Origin: Pseudomonadales bacterium
Lineage (GTDB): Bacteria > Pseudomonadota > Gammaproteobacteria > Pseudomonadales > JANQJO01
Assembly (NCBI GenBank): GCA_028281605.1
Contig: JANQJO010000060.1
Coordinates: 5-64,004, forward strand
DNA length: 64,000 nucleotides
Direction: 5' to 3'
The position numbers and the translations under genes were made by a program. Of this stretch, positions 28,741 through 38,517 are shown one piece after another. Every line of letters begins with the position of its first letter. Positions within the stretch are counted from its first letter, which is position 1. The notes beneath the pieces were generated by a model, which saw only the letters and a list, made by a program, of their open reading frames with translations, did no database searches and was not told the origin of the DNA.

Positions 28741-31104
28741 CTAAAAAGTTTGGCCTAGCGTGAAATCGAACACTTGGGTTTCGTCATCATCGCCTTCATT
28801 AAAAGCTTTTGCAAAGGTAAAGGTCAAGGGGCCTATGGCTGTGATCCAGACCAAACCGATGCCGGCTGAATAGCGTAATTGATCGATCTCAATAGGCAAA
28901 CTACCTTCATCGTCTGGGGTGGGTTCATTGTCTCGGTTGGTGTCGAACACTTGGCCGGCGTCTATAAAAAAAGCGGTACGTACAGTGCGCTTGTCTTTGA
29001 CAAAAGGCGTTGGAAAAATAAACTCCATCGAGCTTTCTGTGAGAAAATTTCCTCCAAAAGGATCTGGGCTGGTGGTATTATCCCGAGGCCCTAGGCTGCG
29101 TGTTTCAAAGCCACGCACGGAACCGACTCCTCCAGAAAAGAAGTGTTTGTAAAAGGGAAGGCTGTCTGTTTCTGCATAACCGTCACCAAAGCCAAGTTCT
29201 GTTCTCAAGCGCAGGGTCCATATATTGGAGAGAGGAAGATAACGCTCTGCTTGATAGACCAGCTTGTAATATTCCAGCTCACTGCCAGGAATAGACAATT
29301 CCAGAGATAATCGGTTCAAAGAGCCTCGGGTAGGCAGTAAACCTCGATTTAAAGTGCTGCGCCGCCAGCTGCTGGTCAGCAAAAAGGTTTCGAAACTGTC
29401 TGATTGTAAATCAGGTGCGGGTGGACTGGGTTGATAATTAATAAAATCACGTGCCAGTTGAGCTGCGTCGTTTTGGGCGAAAATGGTAGTGGTGTCCAAA
29501 CCAAGAGAAAAACTTAAGCGTTCGTTTTCGTTGATGGGGTACCCAAAGCTCAAGTTGGCGCCATAGGCATCAGTGCGATAGCTAGATAAATCGCTTTCAG
29601 AAAAATCGGTTTCACTGAAATAAAAATTGTAGCCTCGACTGACGCCGTCAATTGTATAGTAGGGGTCTAAAAATCTAAAGCTGTAAGAGTTACGTAAATC
29701 AGTGCGCTGGAGTGAAAACTCTACTTGATTGCCAGTACCTAAAAAGTTACGTTGACTGACATTGGCCCCAAAGACCAAGCCGGTGCCTCCTTGATAACCG
29801 ATGCTAGCGCCAATTGAGCCTGAAGGTTGTTCTTCAACCGTAAAGTTTACATCGACCTGATCGTCTGTGCCGACGACTTTAGGGTTTCTGACCTTAACCC
29901 CTTTAAAGAACCCAAGGCGTTGTAAGCGTAGCTTGGATAATTCAATTTTTTCTGTTGAAGCCCAGGTTCCTTCCATTTGGCGCATTTCTCGGCGCATCAC
30001 GTGATCGGCTGTTTTGTTGTTGCCATTAAAATTGATGCGACGTACATAGACTCTTTTGCCTGGTTCAACTAAAAAAGATACTTTTACTGTGTTTTTGTCC
30101 TGGTTAAGCTGGGGAATGCCCTTTACCTTGGCGAAGGTATAACCGACATTCCCGAGCTTTTTTCTGATTAAATCTTCTGTCAGGGTAATTTGTTTGCGTG
30201 AAAAAATGGCACCGGATTTGACTTTGATTAAATTTTTGACCTCTGTTTCTGGGAAGGGTAATTCACCGGTAATGTCCACTGTATCGATGGTGAATTTTTC
30301 ACCTTCATTAAGGCTGATGGAGATATAGATGTGTTCTTTACTGGGGTCGATTGAAACTTGGGTTGACTCTATGTTGAAGTTAATATAGCCACGGTCCATA
30401 TAATAAGAACGTAGGGTTTCTAAGTCACCCGCTAGGCGTTCTCTAGCGTATTTGTTATCCCCTTTAAAGAAGGATGTCAGGTGTGTTTTTTTTAACTGAA
30501 ACAGTTCCAGCAACACTTCATCTTTGACAAGGTGATTGCCGATGATGTTGATGTGTTTGATCAGGGCCACTTCGCCTTCTTCAATGTGAATATTTAAAGC
30601 CACACGGTTGCGTGGCTGTGCGACCACTTCTGGGGTAACCTTGGCACCGTAGCGACCTTGAGCGACGTATTGACGTTCTAATCCATTTTTAACGTGGGCC
30701 AGTGTGGCTCGTTGAAACACGCTACCTTTAGCTAGGCCTTCTTGTTTTAAACCTTCCTCTAAATCTTCCGTTTTAATGAATTTGTTGCCTTTAATGTCAA
30801 TACGGCTAATGGAGGGTCTTTCTGATACTTTGACGATCAGAGTTTGGTCCTCTTGTTCTATACGCACGTCTTGAAAATTGCCGGTTTTGTATAGGGCTCT
30901 GATGGCAGTAGCGACCTGTTCTGGGGTGGCTTTGTCACCGATATCAAGGGGCAGTTTACGGTATATTTTGCTGACAGAGATGCGTTGGAGGCCATCTACA
31001 CGAATGTCTTTAATCACAAACGTTTCAAAGGCAAAACTTACCGAAACAGGTAAGAAGCTGGTTAAAAGGCCAAATACCGCCGAGCAAAAATGTCGCTTTA
31101 TCAT
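28741..31104 (-). CDS. bamA: outer membrane protein assembly factor BamA
   Basis: Five POTRA-length repeats plus a C-terminal barrel ending FDFTLGQTF. Confidence 0.95.
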   Translation of the reverse strand: MIKRHFCSAVFGLLTSFLPVSVSFAFETFVIKDIRVDGLQRISVSKIYRKLPLDIGDKATPEQVATAIRALYKTGNFQDVRIEQEDQTLIVKVSERPSISRIDIKGNKFIKTEDLEEGLKQEGLAKGSVFQRATLAHVKNGLERQYVAQGRYGAKVTPEVVAQPRNRVALNIHIEEGEVALIKHINIIGNHLVKDEVLLELFQLKKTHLTSFFKGDNKYARERLAGDLETLRSYYMDRGYINFNIESTQVSIDPSKEHIYISISLNEGEKFTIDTVDITGELPFPETEVKNLIKVKSGAIFSRKQITLTEDLIRKKLGNVGYTFAKVKGIPQLNQDKNTVKVSFLVEPGKRVYVRRINFNGNNKTADHVMRREMRQMEGTWASTEKIELSKLRLQRLGFFKGVKVRNPKVVGTDDQVDVNFTVEEQPSGSIGASIGYQGGTGLVFGANVSQRNFLGTGNQVEFSLQRTDLRNSYSFRFLDPYYTIDGVSRGYNFYFSETDFSESDLSSYRTDAYGANLSFGYPINENERLSFSLGLDTTTIFAQNDAAQLARDFINYQPSPPAPDLQSDSFETFLLTSSWRRSTLNRGLLPTRGSLNRLSLELSIPGSELEYYKLVYQAERYLPLSNIWTLRLRTELGFGDGYAETDSLPFYKHFFSGGVGSVRGFETRSLGPRDNTTSPDPFGGNFLTESSMEFIFPTPFVKDKRTVRTAFFIDAGQVFDTNRDNEPTPDDEGSLPIEIDQLRYSAGIGLVWITAIGPLTFTFAKAFNEGDDDETQVFDFTLGQTF

Positions 31105-31144
31105 AAAGTTAAATAATAATCATCCTGTTAATACTTAAGGTCTA

Positions 31145-32512
31145 TTATCGTGCCAAGCGTGCCAGATCGTTATAAAAGGCTATGGCCATAAGCATAGATA
31201 AGATGCCCAGACCAAGGCTCAAACTGATTGTTTGTGCTTTTTCAGATAAAGGTTTGCCTCGTAACCACTCAAATAGACCGAACAAAATATGCCCACCGTC
31301 TAAAACGGGAATAGGCAGTAAGTTTAATACGCCCAAACTAATACTCAAGTAGGCCAGGAAATTTAAAAAAGGTTCAAGACCATAACTGGCTGTGTCGGCT
31401 GCTATTTGTGCAATAGTAATGGGGCCACTTAAATTTTCTACTGATACTTTGCCAATGATCATTTTGCCTAGTGTTGATAAAGTGACCTCGATGCGTTCCA
31501 AAGTCTTTGCTGAGGCTTGCCAAGCCGATTCTAGTATACCGTAGTTTATTTTTCGATACATGCCTTCGGTTGACATCATTTCTAGAGCGGCTGCACCTAT
31601 GCGCCCGATGGGCTTACCTTGTGGGCCATCTATTGTTTCGGGTGTGATGGTTAAGGTGATGGTTTGTGTTTGTCGTTGTACTTCTATAGACAAAGTTTGA
31701 GCTGGATGTGCCCTAACGACATTAACCCATGCTCGCCAGGATGTGATTGCTTCTTCATTTGCACGGGTAACAAGATCACCCTTTTGTAAGCCGGCTTCTT
31801 GAGCAGGGCTGTTAGGTAGTACTTCACCGATGGTGGCCGTAATGTCTGGCATATAGGTGTGTAAACCTAGGTAGTTGAGAGGGGAGGTATCGCGCAGTGC
31901 ATTATGCATAAAATTTTGAATTGGAATGCGCCTGATAAAGGTTTGATTGGTATCAGGTGGGCGTGTTTCAAAGAGTATTTCGCCGCTATCTCCCAGCCGA
32001 CTGACGAGAGCAAAATTAATGGCTTCCCAGCTATTTGTGGGTTTGTTATCCACGCTGATTATTTCTTCACCATAAATAAAGTCTGCTTGATAGGCCGGTG
32101 TATCTGACTCTAAGTGACCGACTTTAGGGATTAAAGTTGTGATGCCACTTAAAAATAAAAGCCAATAAAGCAAACCGGCGAAGGCTAGGTTGATAAAAGG
32201 CCCTGCCGCATAGACGGCTATGCGTTGATGTACAGGTCTTTGGCTGAATTCTTCTTGTTGAAGCGCTGCTGGTACTTCAGCTTCTCTGGCATCGAGTAGT
32301 TTAACGTAACCACCTAAAGGGAGGCTGGCAATACAGTATTCTGTTTCCTGTTTATCACGCCAGCTGATCAATGGTTTGCCAAAGCCAACGGAGAATCTCA
32401 ATACTTTAACCTTGATCAGGCGCGCCACCCAAAAGTGGCCGAATTCATGAATGGTGACTAGCACTCCGAGGGCCACGATGAAAGATAAGATGGTTTTTAA
32501 CAGCTCATACAT
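31145..32512 (-). CDS. rseP: RIP site-2 metalloprotease RseP
   Basis: HEFGHFWVAR zinc motif, PDZ region, LNLLPIPVLDGGH. Confidence 0.92.
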   Translation of the reverse strand: MYELLKTILSFIVALGVLVTIHEFGHFWVARLIKVKVLRFSVGFGKPLISWRDKQETEYCIASLPLGGYVKLLDAREAEVPAALQQEEFSQRPVHQRIAVYAAGPFINLAFAGLLYWLLFLSGITTLIPKVGHLESDTPAYQADFIYGEEIISVDNKPTNSWEAINFALVSRLGDSGEILFETRPPDTNQTFIRRIPIQNFMHNALRDTSPLNYLGLHTYMPDITATIGEVLPNSPAQEAGLQKGDLVTRANEEAITSWRAWVNVVRAHPAQTLSIEVQRQTQTITLTITPETIDGPQGKPIGRIGAAALEMMSTEGMYRKINYGILESAWQASAKTLERIEVTLSTLGKMIIGKVSVENLSGPITIAQIAADTASYGLEPFLNFLAYLSISLGVLNLLPIPVLDGGHILFGLFEWLRGKPLSEKAQTISLSLGLGILSMLMAIAFYNDLARLAR

Positions 32513-33732
32513 GGGTATCGTTTCTCACAGTGTTTGATGGTTTGTTGTGCGGCTGATCTGGCTTGCGCATCAGCTTCTAGAATATCGGATAAGTCTTCTA
32601 CTGTATTAGTGGCAAGTGAAGTTAAACACTTTTCAACAACTTCAACGATTTGGGTAAACCCGATGCGTTGTTTTAAAAAGGCGCAAACTGCTTCTTCGTT
32701 TGCAGCGTTTAAAATGGCCGGTGCGGTTCCACCTGTGATCATCGCTTGTCTGGCCAAGCGCAGGCTTGGAAATTTGTGGCTGTCGGGTGGGTAAAATTGT
32801 AAATGAGTCAGAGAAAGTGGGTCCAGTGGAGTGACACCTGAACGGGTACGTTGAGGCCAGCTGAGTCCATGGCTGATCATGACTCTTAAGTCTGAGGGTG
32901 CCATTTGCGCGATAATAGCACCATCAATATACTCCACCATAGAATGTACGACGCCTTGTGGGTGAATGATCACTTGTATATCATCTGGTTGTAGTCCAAA
33001 TAACCAGCAGGCTTCAATGAGTTCTAAGCCTTTGTTCATCATAGTAGCAGAGTCTATGGAAATTTTAGGCCCCATAGACCACACTGGGTGTGCTAAGGCT
33101 TGTTGAGGTGTTACTTTGTCAAGCTCTTGGCTGGAAAGTTTCCAAAAGGGTCCTCCTGAGGCTGTTAGGAACACTTTTTTTACATGACCGGTTTTTGAGA
33201 GTTCTTTAGGGGCTAAGGTACGTTGGTGGCTGCTGGGTAAACATTGAAAAATAGCGTTGTGTTCACTGTCAATAGGTAGTAGAACGGCGTTGTTGTTTTG
33301 AGTGGCTTTGGTGAGTAACTCACCGGCAATGACCAGTGATTCTTTGTTGGCCAGAAGAATTCTTTTGCCGGTTTGGGCTGCGGCTAGGGTTGGGGGCAAG
33401 CCGGCTGCGCCGACAATGGCGGATACAACAGTGTCTACGCTTTTGTCGGCGACTAAACTGATTAATTTATCTTCACCAGTCAGTACTTGTGTGGGAGAAT
33501 TGACTGTTTTAAGCTGTTGTTGCAGTTGTGTGGCAGCCTTAGGGCAGGCTAAATGAGCATAGCGGGGCTTATGGCTGCGACACTGCTCGTATAGGAGTTT
33601 GTTGTTTTGGTTGGCAGCCAGTGCCAGTACTTTAAAGGTTTCAGGGTGTTGTTGGATGACATCGAGTGTATTGATACCCACGCTGCCGGTTGAACCCAGT
33701 ACAAGAATAGATTGTCCAGTGTGCTCATTCAT
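32497..33732 (-). CDS. dxr: 1-deoxy-D-xylulose 5-phosphate reductoisomerase
   Basis: LGSTGSVG NADPH motif, LANKESLV, IDSEHNAIFQCL. Confidence 0.95.
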   Translation of the reverse strand: MNEHTGQSILVLGSTGSVGINTLDVIQQHPETFKVLALAANQNNKLLYEQCRSHKPRYAHLACPKAATQLQQQLKTVNSPTQVLTGEDKLISLVADKSVDTVVSAIVGAAGLPPTLAAAQTGKRILLANKESLVIAGELLTKATQNNNAVLLPIDSEHNAIFQCLPSSHQRTLAPKELSKTGHVKKVFLTASGGPFWKLSSQELDKVTPQQALAHPVWSMGPKISIDSATMMNKGLELIEACWLFGLQPDDIQVIIHPQGVVHSMVEYIDGAIIAQMAPSDLRVMISHGLSWPQRTRSGVTPLDPLSLTHLQFYPPDSHKFPSLRLARQAMITGGTAPAILNAANEEAVCAFLKQRIGFTQIVEVVEKCLTSLATNTVEDLSDILEADAQARSAAQQTIKHCEKRYPCMSC

Positions 33733-33747
33733 TTTATTTTACTGTCC

Positions 33748-35679
33748 TTAAGTGTTTAGGCATGAAATGAATGCGAGTTGTGTTTCAATTTTTTTTTGAG
33801 TATTTTGATTGCAAGTATTAAGAGCTCTGATAAGCAAGCGATGTGCTGTTGTTGTATCGCCTATTCGTAGATATGAGAGAGCAGAGTCAAAATGCGAGTT
33901 AGATTGTGTATACAATTTGAAAAGCAAATTTTCAGCTTCAGGACATCCTTGCGCGTCTCTTTTTTGAAGTAAATTCATGGCTTGTTTCCAATTACGCTGA
34001 TCTTGATTATTGTTTGTCAATTCGTTAAAAATTTTTAGGGCTTCATTCCATGACTTTTTAAGTTGTTCAGATATTTCAAGCAGTTGTTCAGATATTTCAA
34101 GCAAAAGTTTTTGGGCTCGTGATTGATGCTCAGGTGATGTAGATTCTGATTGTGCAAGCGGAGCTAAAATAGCTTTGGCTTGTTCATGCTCTCCTTGCAG
34201 GATATATTTTTCAGCATTCCTTAGTTCTTCTTCGGTGCGCTTATATTTTTTTACGGCATCTTCATAGGTGTTTTCGTATATCCATTCGCTTAAAGTTGCC
34301 ATACACTGGCGAAAATGTATTGATAATTTGGGTTTGTTGTTGGAGCCAATTTCTGTGACATTTGCATTAGCCTGTTTCAATATTGTATGGTTTATATTAT
34401 TGAAAAAAGTTTGTATTTTTTGTAGAAGCATATCTAAATGTAATCTGAGTGTGAGTAGGATACCAGGAAATGTTTTTTGGATAGTACGGAACAACCAAAA
34501 GCAAACAAAAATTAAAGAAGTTATACTCGGCAGGGCATCGCTGGAGAACAAGATTCGTTTACTTATTATAATATCCGTAATGTTTATCGTATTTATGATA
34601 AACTGATATAAAGAGGCGTTAATAAATTTGGCGATTTTGTTTTGTTGCCACATATCTTGAAGGTCAAGTGTGTTTGAGCAAATAAAGTGAGTCTTATATT
34701 TACCCAGACCGTTGTTTATTAAGTAATGCTTGGGCGCACAGCCATTGGGTTCATCTGTTATGAAAAAGTTCATTTCTCTGTTTAAACAGCATTGTGGTGA
34801 TAGAGCAAATTTATAGAGATTGATCATGAGCATAGCAGACCAGTAGACCAATAGAACTGAATAAAACTTGCAAGCACTAAGGGTTAGTTTACGTAGTGTT
34901 TTATAGGTTAATTGGGCCATTCTCATCCAATAAAGTTTTTTTAATTTTGCTTGTGACACGCCGTGGTTTAGTTCTTCAACCAAACTTCGCATGAGAAGTG
35001 TCTTTCTTGTTTGCCTTGCGTTTATGTCCCGGACCATTGTATCAAGATTACATAAAGAATGAGCTAATAAGTCCTTAGTGTTGCTCAAGGAAAAAGGGTA
35101 CGTATTATAAGTAATTTGGGAGTTTTTGTCAGTAAAAGTAATTTGCAACGGCATTTTATTTATGTCAGGAGCCGGTATGTATTTTATTATTGCTGTCCGA
35201 TCTTTCTGCTGTGTTGAGTATTGGGTGTTGTCTTGGCCTTGAATGTTCTCTCTTTGAAGTTTATATCCAGAAGGTTCTAATTTATTTGTGTAAGGCCTGG
35301 CCAACTCTCTGGTTTGGTCTGATAATGCAATTAACCAAGTCCAGGAAACTTTCATTATTGTTTTAATATTACTCTTTGGGCCTTGGAGGAGAAGGTAACG
35401 TATAATTTTCGTTTGTGCTGTTTTTGGTATATCTGCCCATCTAAGTTTGTAATTTTTTTCTACCGAGGAAGCTGGGAGATGGGGTTGTGTTATAACTTTT
35501 GTCATGAGAGCTTGACTGCCACTGTTGTTTGGTGGTTCTGTTGCTAATCTAAAGTGATCGACTTTGGTTGTAAGAGTAGTAGATTGATGATGAGAATCAT
35601 TTGCCTGACTGTTACCGGGTCGTTCCCACAGGTTCCGTAATACACGATCGACAGTGATGGTTCTATTGAATGCCTGCAT
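33748..35679 (-). CDS. AT-rich hypothetical protein (643 aa) inserted between cdsA and dxr
   Basis: Long ORF at about 28-35% GC against about 47% in the flanking genes. Q/N/K-rich, with hydrophobic segments mid-protein and a helical-repeat-like C-terminus. No domain recognised. Confidence 0.6.
   Translation of the reverse strand: MQAFNRTITVDRVLRNLWERPGNSQANDSHHQSTTLTTKVDHFRLATEPPNNSGSQALMTKVITQPHLPASSVEKNYKLRWADIPKTAQTKIIRYLLLQGPKSNIKTIMKVSWTWLIALSDQTRELARPYTNKLEPSGYKLQRENIQGQDNTQYSTQQKDRTAIIKYIPAPDINKMPLQITFTDKNSQITYNTYPFSLSNTKDLLAHSLCNLDTMVRDINARQTRKTLLMRSLVEELNHGVSQAKLKKLYWMRMAQLTYKTLRKLTLSACKFYSVLLVYWSAMLMINLYKFALSPQCCLNREMNFFITDEPNGCAPKHYLINNGLGKYKTHFICSNTLDLQDMWQQNKIAKFINASLYQFIINTINITDIIISKRILFSSDALPSITSLIFVCFWLFRTIQKTFPGILLTLRLHLDMLLQKIQTFFNNINHTILKQANANVTEIGSNNKPKLSIHFRQCMATLSEWIYENTYEDAVKKYKRTEEELRNAEKYILQGEHEQAKAILAPLAQSESTSPEHQSRAQKLLLEISEQLLEISEQLKKSWNEALKIFNELTNNNQDQRNWKQAMNLLQKRDAQGCPEAENLLFKLYTQSNSHFDSALSYLRIGDTTTAHRLLIRALNTCNQNTQKKIETQLAFISCLNT
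34061..34102 (-). repeat. perfect 2 x 21-bp in-frame tandem duplication
   Basis: AGTTGTTCAGATATTTCAAGC occurs twice and encodes LLEISEQ LLEISEQ. Confidence 0.9.
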
Positions 35680-36502
35680 ATAAGTTCCCCCAGAAAGTTA
35701 GTAATGTAAAAATAGGCAAAGCAGCTGTTAAACCATCAATTCGATCTAGAACACCACCATGTCCAGGTAAGAGTGTACCACTGTCCTTTCTACCGCTGGC
35801 ACGTTTGATCATGCTTTCAAATAGGTCGCCGATTATACTGGTTGTGGCTGTTAGCAGTGATAAGCAAACGAAATACAGAGCTTGTTTGAAAGTGAATAGG
35901 TTGAAGGTATCAGCCAGTATCCATCCCACACAACTGCTTATACACAATACACAGAGGACACTGCCGATAACGCCTTCAATGGATTTGCCGGGACTGACTT
36001 TAGGTGCCAGTTTATGACGACCCCAGCGTTTGCCTGTAAAATAAGCTGTGGTATCTGTTATCCAGACCAAGGACATAGCATAAAGTACCCAGTACTGGCC
36101 GTGTTCGGGGATGGTTTTTAAAGTAAGTAAAGCGCTCCAAGTAGGGATTAGCAATAAACAACCTATGCCGTACATCTTGTATGGAGTATGCCATTGTTGC
36201 TGGTATTTAGGGTAGTGCCAAATCCAGCGTAAACCGCTGATCCAGCTAATGCTGTTGAGTAGACACAGCCCTAATAATACCGAGGTTGGAGCGTGGTATA
36301 AAGTAAATAGGATTGACGCGATGACCAATAGATAAGTGAGACGCTTGTTTAGTGTTAAGCGCATTAAATGAACCCATTCCCAAGCGGCTAATAAAACCAT
36401 TACTCCTAGCCACGTAGCAAAAAGAGCGCGGGAGGTGTAAAGAATACCTACTAATGCTAAGGGTAGTAGAAAAGTAGTAGTTAGAATTCTTTGCTTTAAC
36501 AC
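35663..36502 (-). CDS. cdsA: phosphatidate cytidylyltransferase
   Basis: Multi-TM protein with the signature SMIKRASGRKDSGTLLPGHGGVLDRID. Confidence 0.9.
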   Translation of the reverse strand: MLKQRILTTTFLLPLALVGILYTSRALFATWLGVMVLLAAWEWVHLMRLTLNKRLTYLLVIASILFTLYHAPTSVLLGLCLLNSISWISGLRWIWHYPKYQQQWHTPYKMYGIGCLLLIPTWSALLTLKTIPEHGQYWVLYAMSLVWITDTTAYFTGKRWGRHKLAPKVSPGKSIEGVIGSVLCVLCISSCVGWILADTFNLFTFKQALYFVCLSLLTATTSIIGDLFESMIKRASGRKDSGTLLPGHGGVLDRIDGLTAALPIFTLLTFWGNLYAGIQ

Positions 36503-37293
36503 GCTAATTTTGTTGTTTTGTTGGCTTCAAGGGTTTGTTCGGAATTTTTACTTGTTGTGGTTGCTGTCAATGTCTTAAGTTGCTCACCAGTATAACCGAA
36601 GCGCCTTTGACGTGTTTTAAATTCTGCCATAGCAGTATATAAACTGTCTTCATTGAAGTCAGGCCATAGGGTAGGACAAAAGTATAATTCAGAGTATGCC
36701 AGTTGCCACAGTAAGAAATTACTGATGCGGTGCTCTCCACTGGTGCGAATACAAAGGTCAATAGGAGGGAGTGCCGATAGGTTCATATGTTGGCCGAATA
36801 CATTTTCATCAATATCAGTTGGATGGATCTCACCTTTTACGGCTGTTTGGGCTAATTTACGAGCGGCTTGTGTAATGTCCCAGCGGCCACCGTAGTTAAT
36901 AGCGGCGCAGAGTGTCATTTGTGTATTGGAAGCTGTTAGGCGCATGGCCATTTGCATGCGTGTTTGCAGATTTTGACTAAAGGCGCTGAGGTCCCCAATG
37001 AATTGGATTTTGATGCCGTTTTCATGCAGTTCTTCGATTTCTTCTTCTAGAGCTTGCACAAAAAGTTGCATAAGGTCAGATATTTCTCGTTCAGGTCTGC
37101 GCCAATTTTCGCTGCTGAATGCAAATACAGTGAGCGCTTCTATGCCTGTTGTAGCACAGCCTTCAATGGTTCTGCGCAGTGCTTTAGAGCCTGCCCGATG
37201 CCCTTCGATGCTGGGAAGATTTCTTTGCTTAGCCCAGCGGTTGTTGCCATCCATGATAATAGCAATGTGCCGTACGGAGTTGTTCACTTGCAT
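36496..37293 (-). CDS. uppS: undecaprenyl diphosphate synthase
   Basis: HIAIIMDGNNRWA, FAFSSENWRRP, RTSGEHRISNFLLWQ. ATG at 37293 chosen. Confidence 0.92.
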   Translation of the reverse strand: MQVNNSVRHIAIIMDGNNRWAKQRNLPSIEGHRAGSKALRRTIEGCATTGIEALTVFAFSSENWRRPEREISDLMQLFVQALEEEIEELHENGIKIQFIGDLSAFSQNLQTRMQMAMRLTASNTQMTLCAAINYGGRWDITQAARKLAQTAVKGEIHPTDIDENVFGQHMNLSALPPIDLCIRTSGEHRISNFLLWQLAYSELYFCPTLWPDFNEDSLYTAMAEFKTRQRRFGYTGEQLKTLTATTTSKNSEQTLEANKTTKLAC

Positions 37294-37439
37294 GGTGCAG
37301 CCCTCTTCTTTAGGTTGGAGCAAACCAGGGTCACTGGGTACTGGAATATAAAGAGAGGGTTATTTTACTGTATTTTTATCAATCTACCTATACTTTTAAT
37401 ATATTCAATCAGTATTACGTGAAAATGGAGAGATTGATT

Positions 37440-37540
37440 AGGAACGTGCATGAAATAATTTTAGCATTTGTTGCTCCTGAACTCGCTTTGCTCAAACATG
37501 CATCTGCTCTAAATGTTAAAATTATTTTGTGCACGTTACT
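37440..37540 (+). repeat. 101-bp hairpin repeat, copy 2
   Basis: 30-bp arms with 4 mismatches, 3 of them G-T. Conserved centre TGCTCCTGAACTCGCTTTGCTCAAACATGCATCTGCTC. It ends on the first base of the usp stop codon. Confidence 0.85.
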
Positions 37541-38472
37541 CACTTTATGGGCGATTCAAATCCGCTTGGTTTAAGTGTGATGACCGATGAATCTATTAAA
37601 TGCAAAATAGACTCCGCAGTGTTTCCAATTAATAAGCCAGGGATTCCACTGCGTGCAACGGTGCCCATCACGACAACGTCAATTGTTTTCTTGCGCACAA
37701 AGATAGGTATATGATCGACTGGATTACCTTTAATCAAGTGGCTGTGTATCTTATGTCCCTCATAGCAGGCTATTAATTCATCGAGATGAGTGCGATTGGC
37801 TTGTTCTTCTTCTTTTAATAGTGTGGTAAGTTTGTTTTCTGAAATTTTTAAAAAAGCACTGTAGCGCATGGCATTTTCAGAATATAGAGACCAGCAGGAT
37901 AATACATGTAATTCGCTATTTTCCCATTTTGCTAAGGATGTGGCTAAATCCATAATGAGTGCATTCAATGCTTTTCCTTCTTCATAACTGTCTAAGCCTA
38001 GGTCAACAGCTGCCAAAATTTTTTGAGAGTGACCCTGATCTTTTGATCTGAGCAACCATACAGGTTGAGGGCATTTACGCATCAAGTGAAAGTCACTGCT
38101 GTCAAAACTATCGGGATGATCATTGGCTACCTTGATCAGCAGATCATGTTTTTCCAAAATGACTTGACGTACGATTTCAATGAAATCCCGCCCGATTGCG
38201 ACTTTTACATTGACGTGAATCGTGTTACCCAGCTGTTCAGTAATTTTCTCAAGGACTTCCTCTCTTTGGGTGACTAGCATTGTGATCAGTTCCTCTGGCT
38301 TTATGATGCCTTTATACTCTGAGATTGTTTCTTTCGGAGGGCTAATTACATCCATAAGTGTCAGACGTGCATTGTTTTTTTTCGCGAGTGCCACACCTCG
38401 GGCAAGTGCTGGATTGTTTTCTGGATGCTCGTCATCACTGACAATGATTAAGATATTTTTAAAGCGTTGCAT
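37540..38472 (-). CDS. tandem-domain universal stress protein (UspE-like)
   Basis: Two USP domains, the second ending VVMGTVARSGIPGLLIGNTAE. ATG at 38472 lies after AGGAG. Confidence 0.8.
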   Translation of the reverse strand: MQRFKNILIIVSDDEHPENNPALARGVALAKKNNARLTLMDVISPPKETISEYKGIIKPEELITMLVTQREEVLEKITEQLGNTIHVNVKVAIGRDFIEIVRQVILEKHDLLIKVANDHPDSFDSSDFHLMRKCPQPVWLLRSKDQGHSQKILAAVDLGLDSYEEGKALNALIMDLATSLAKWENSELHVLSCWSLYSENAMRYSAFLKISENKLTTLLKEEEQANRTHLDELIACYEGHKIHSHLIKGNPVDHIPIFVRKKTIDVVVMGTVARSGIPGLLIGNTAESILHLIDSSVITLKPSGFESPIK

Positions 38473-38517
38473 GGTCTTTTCTCCTATCAATAATTTACCG
38501 TGAAAATGCGATTTTCA

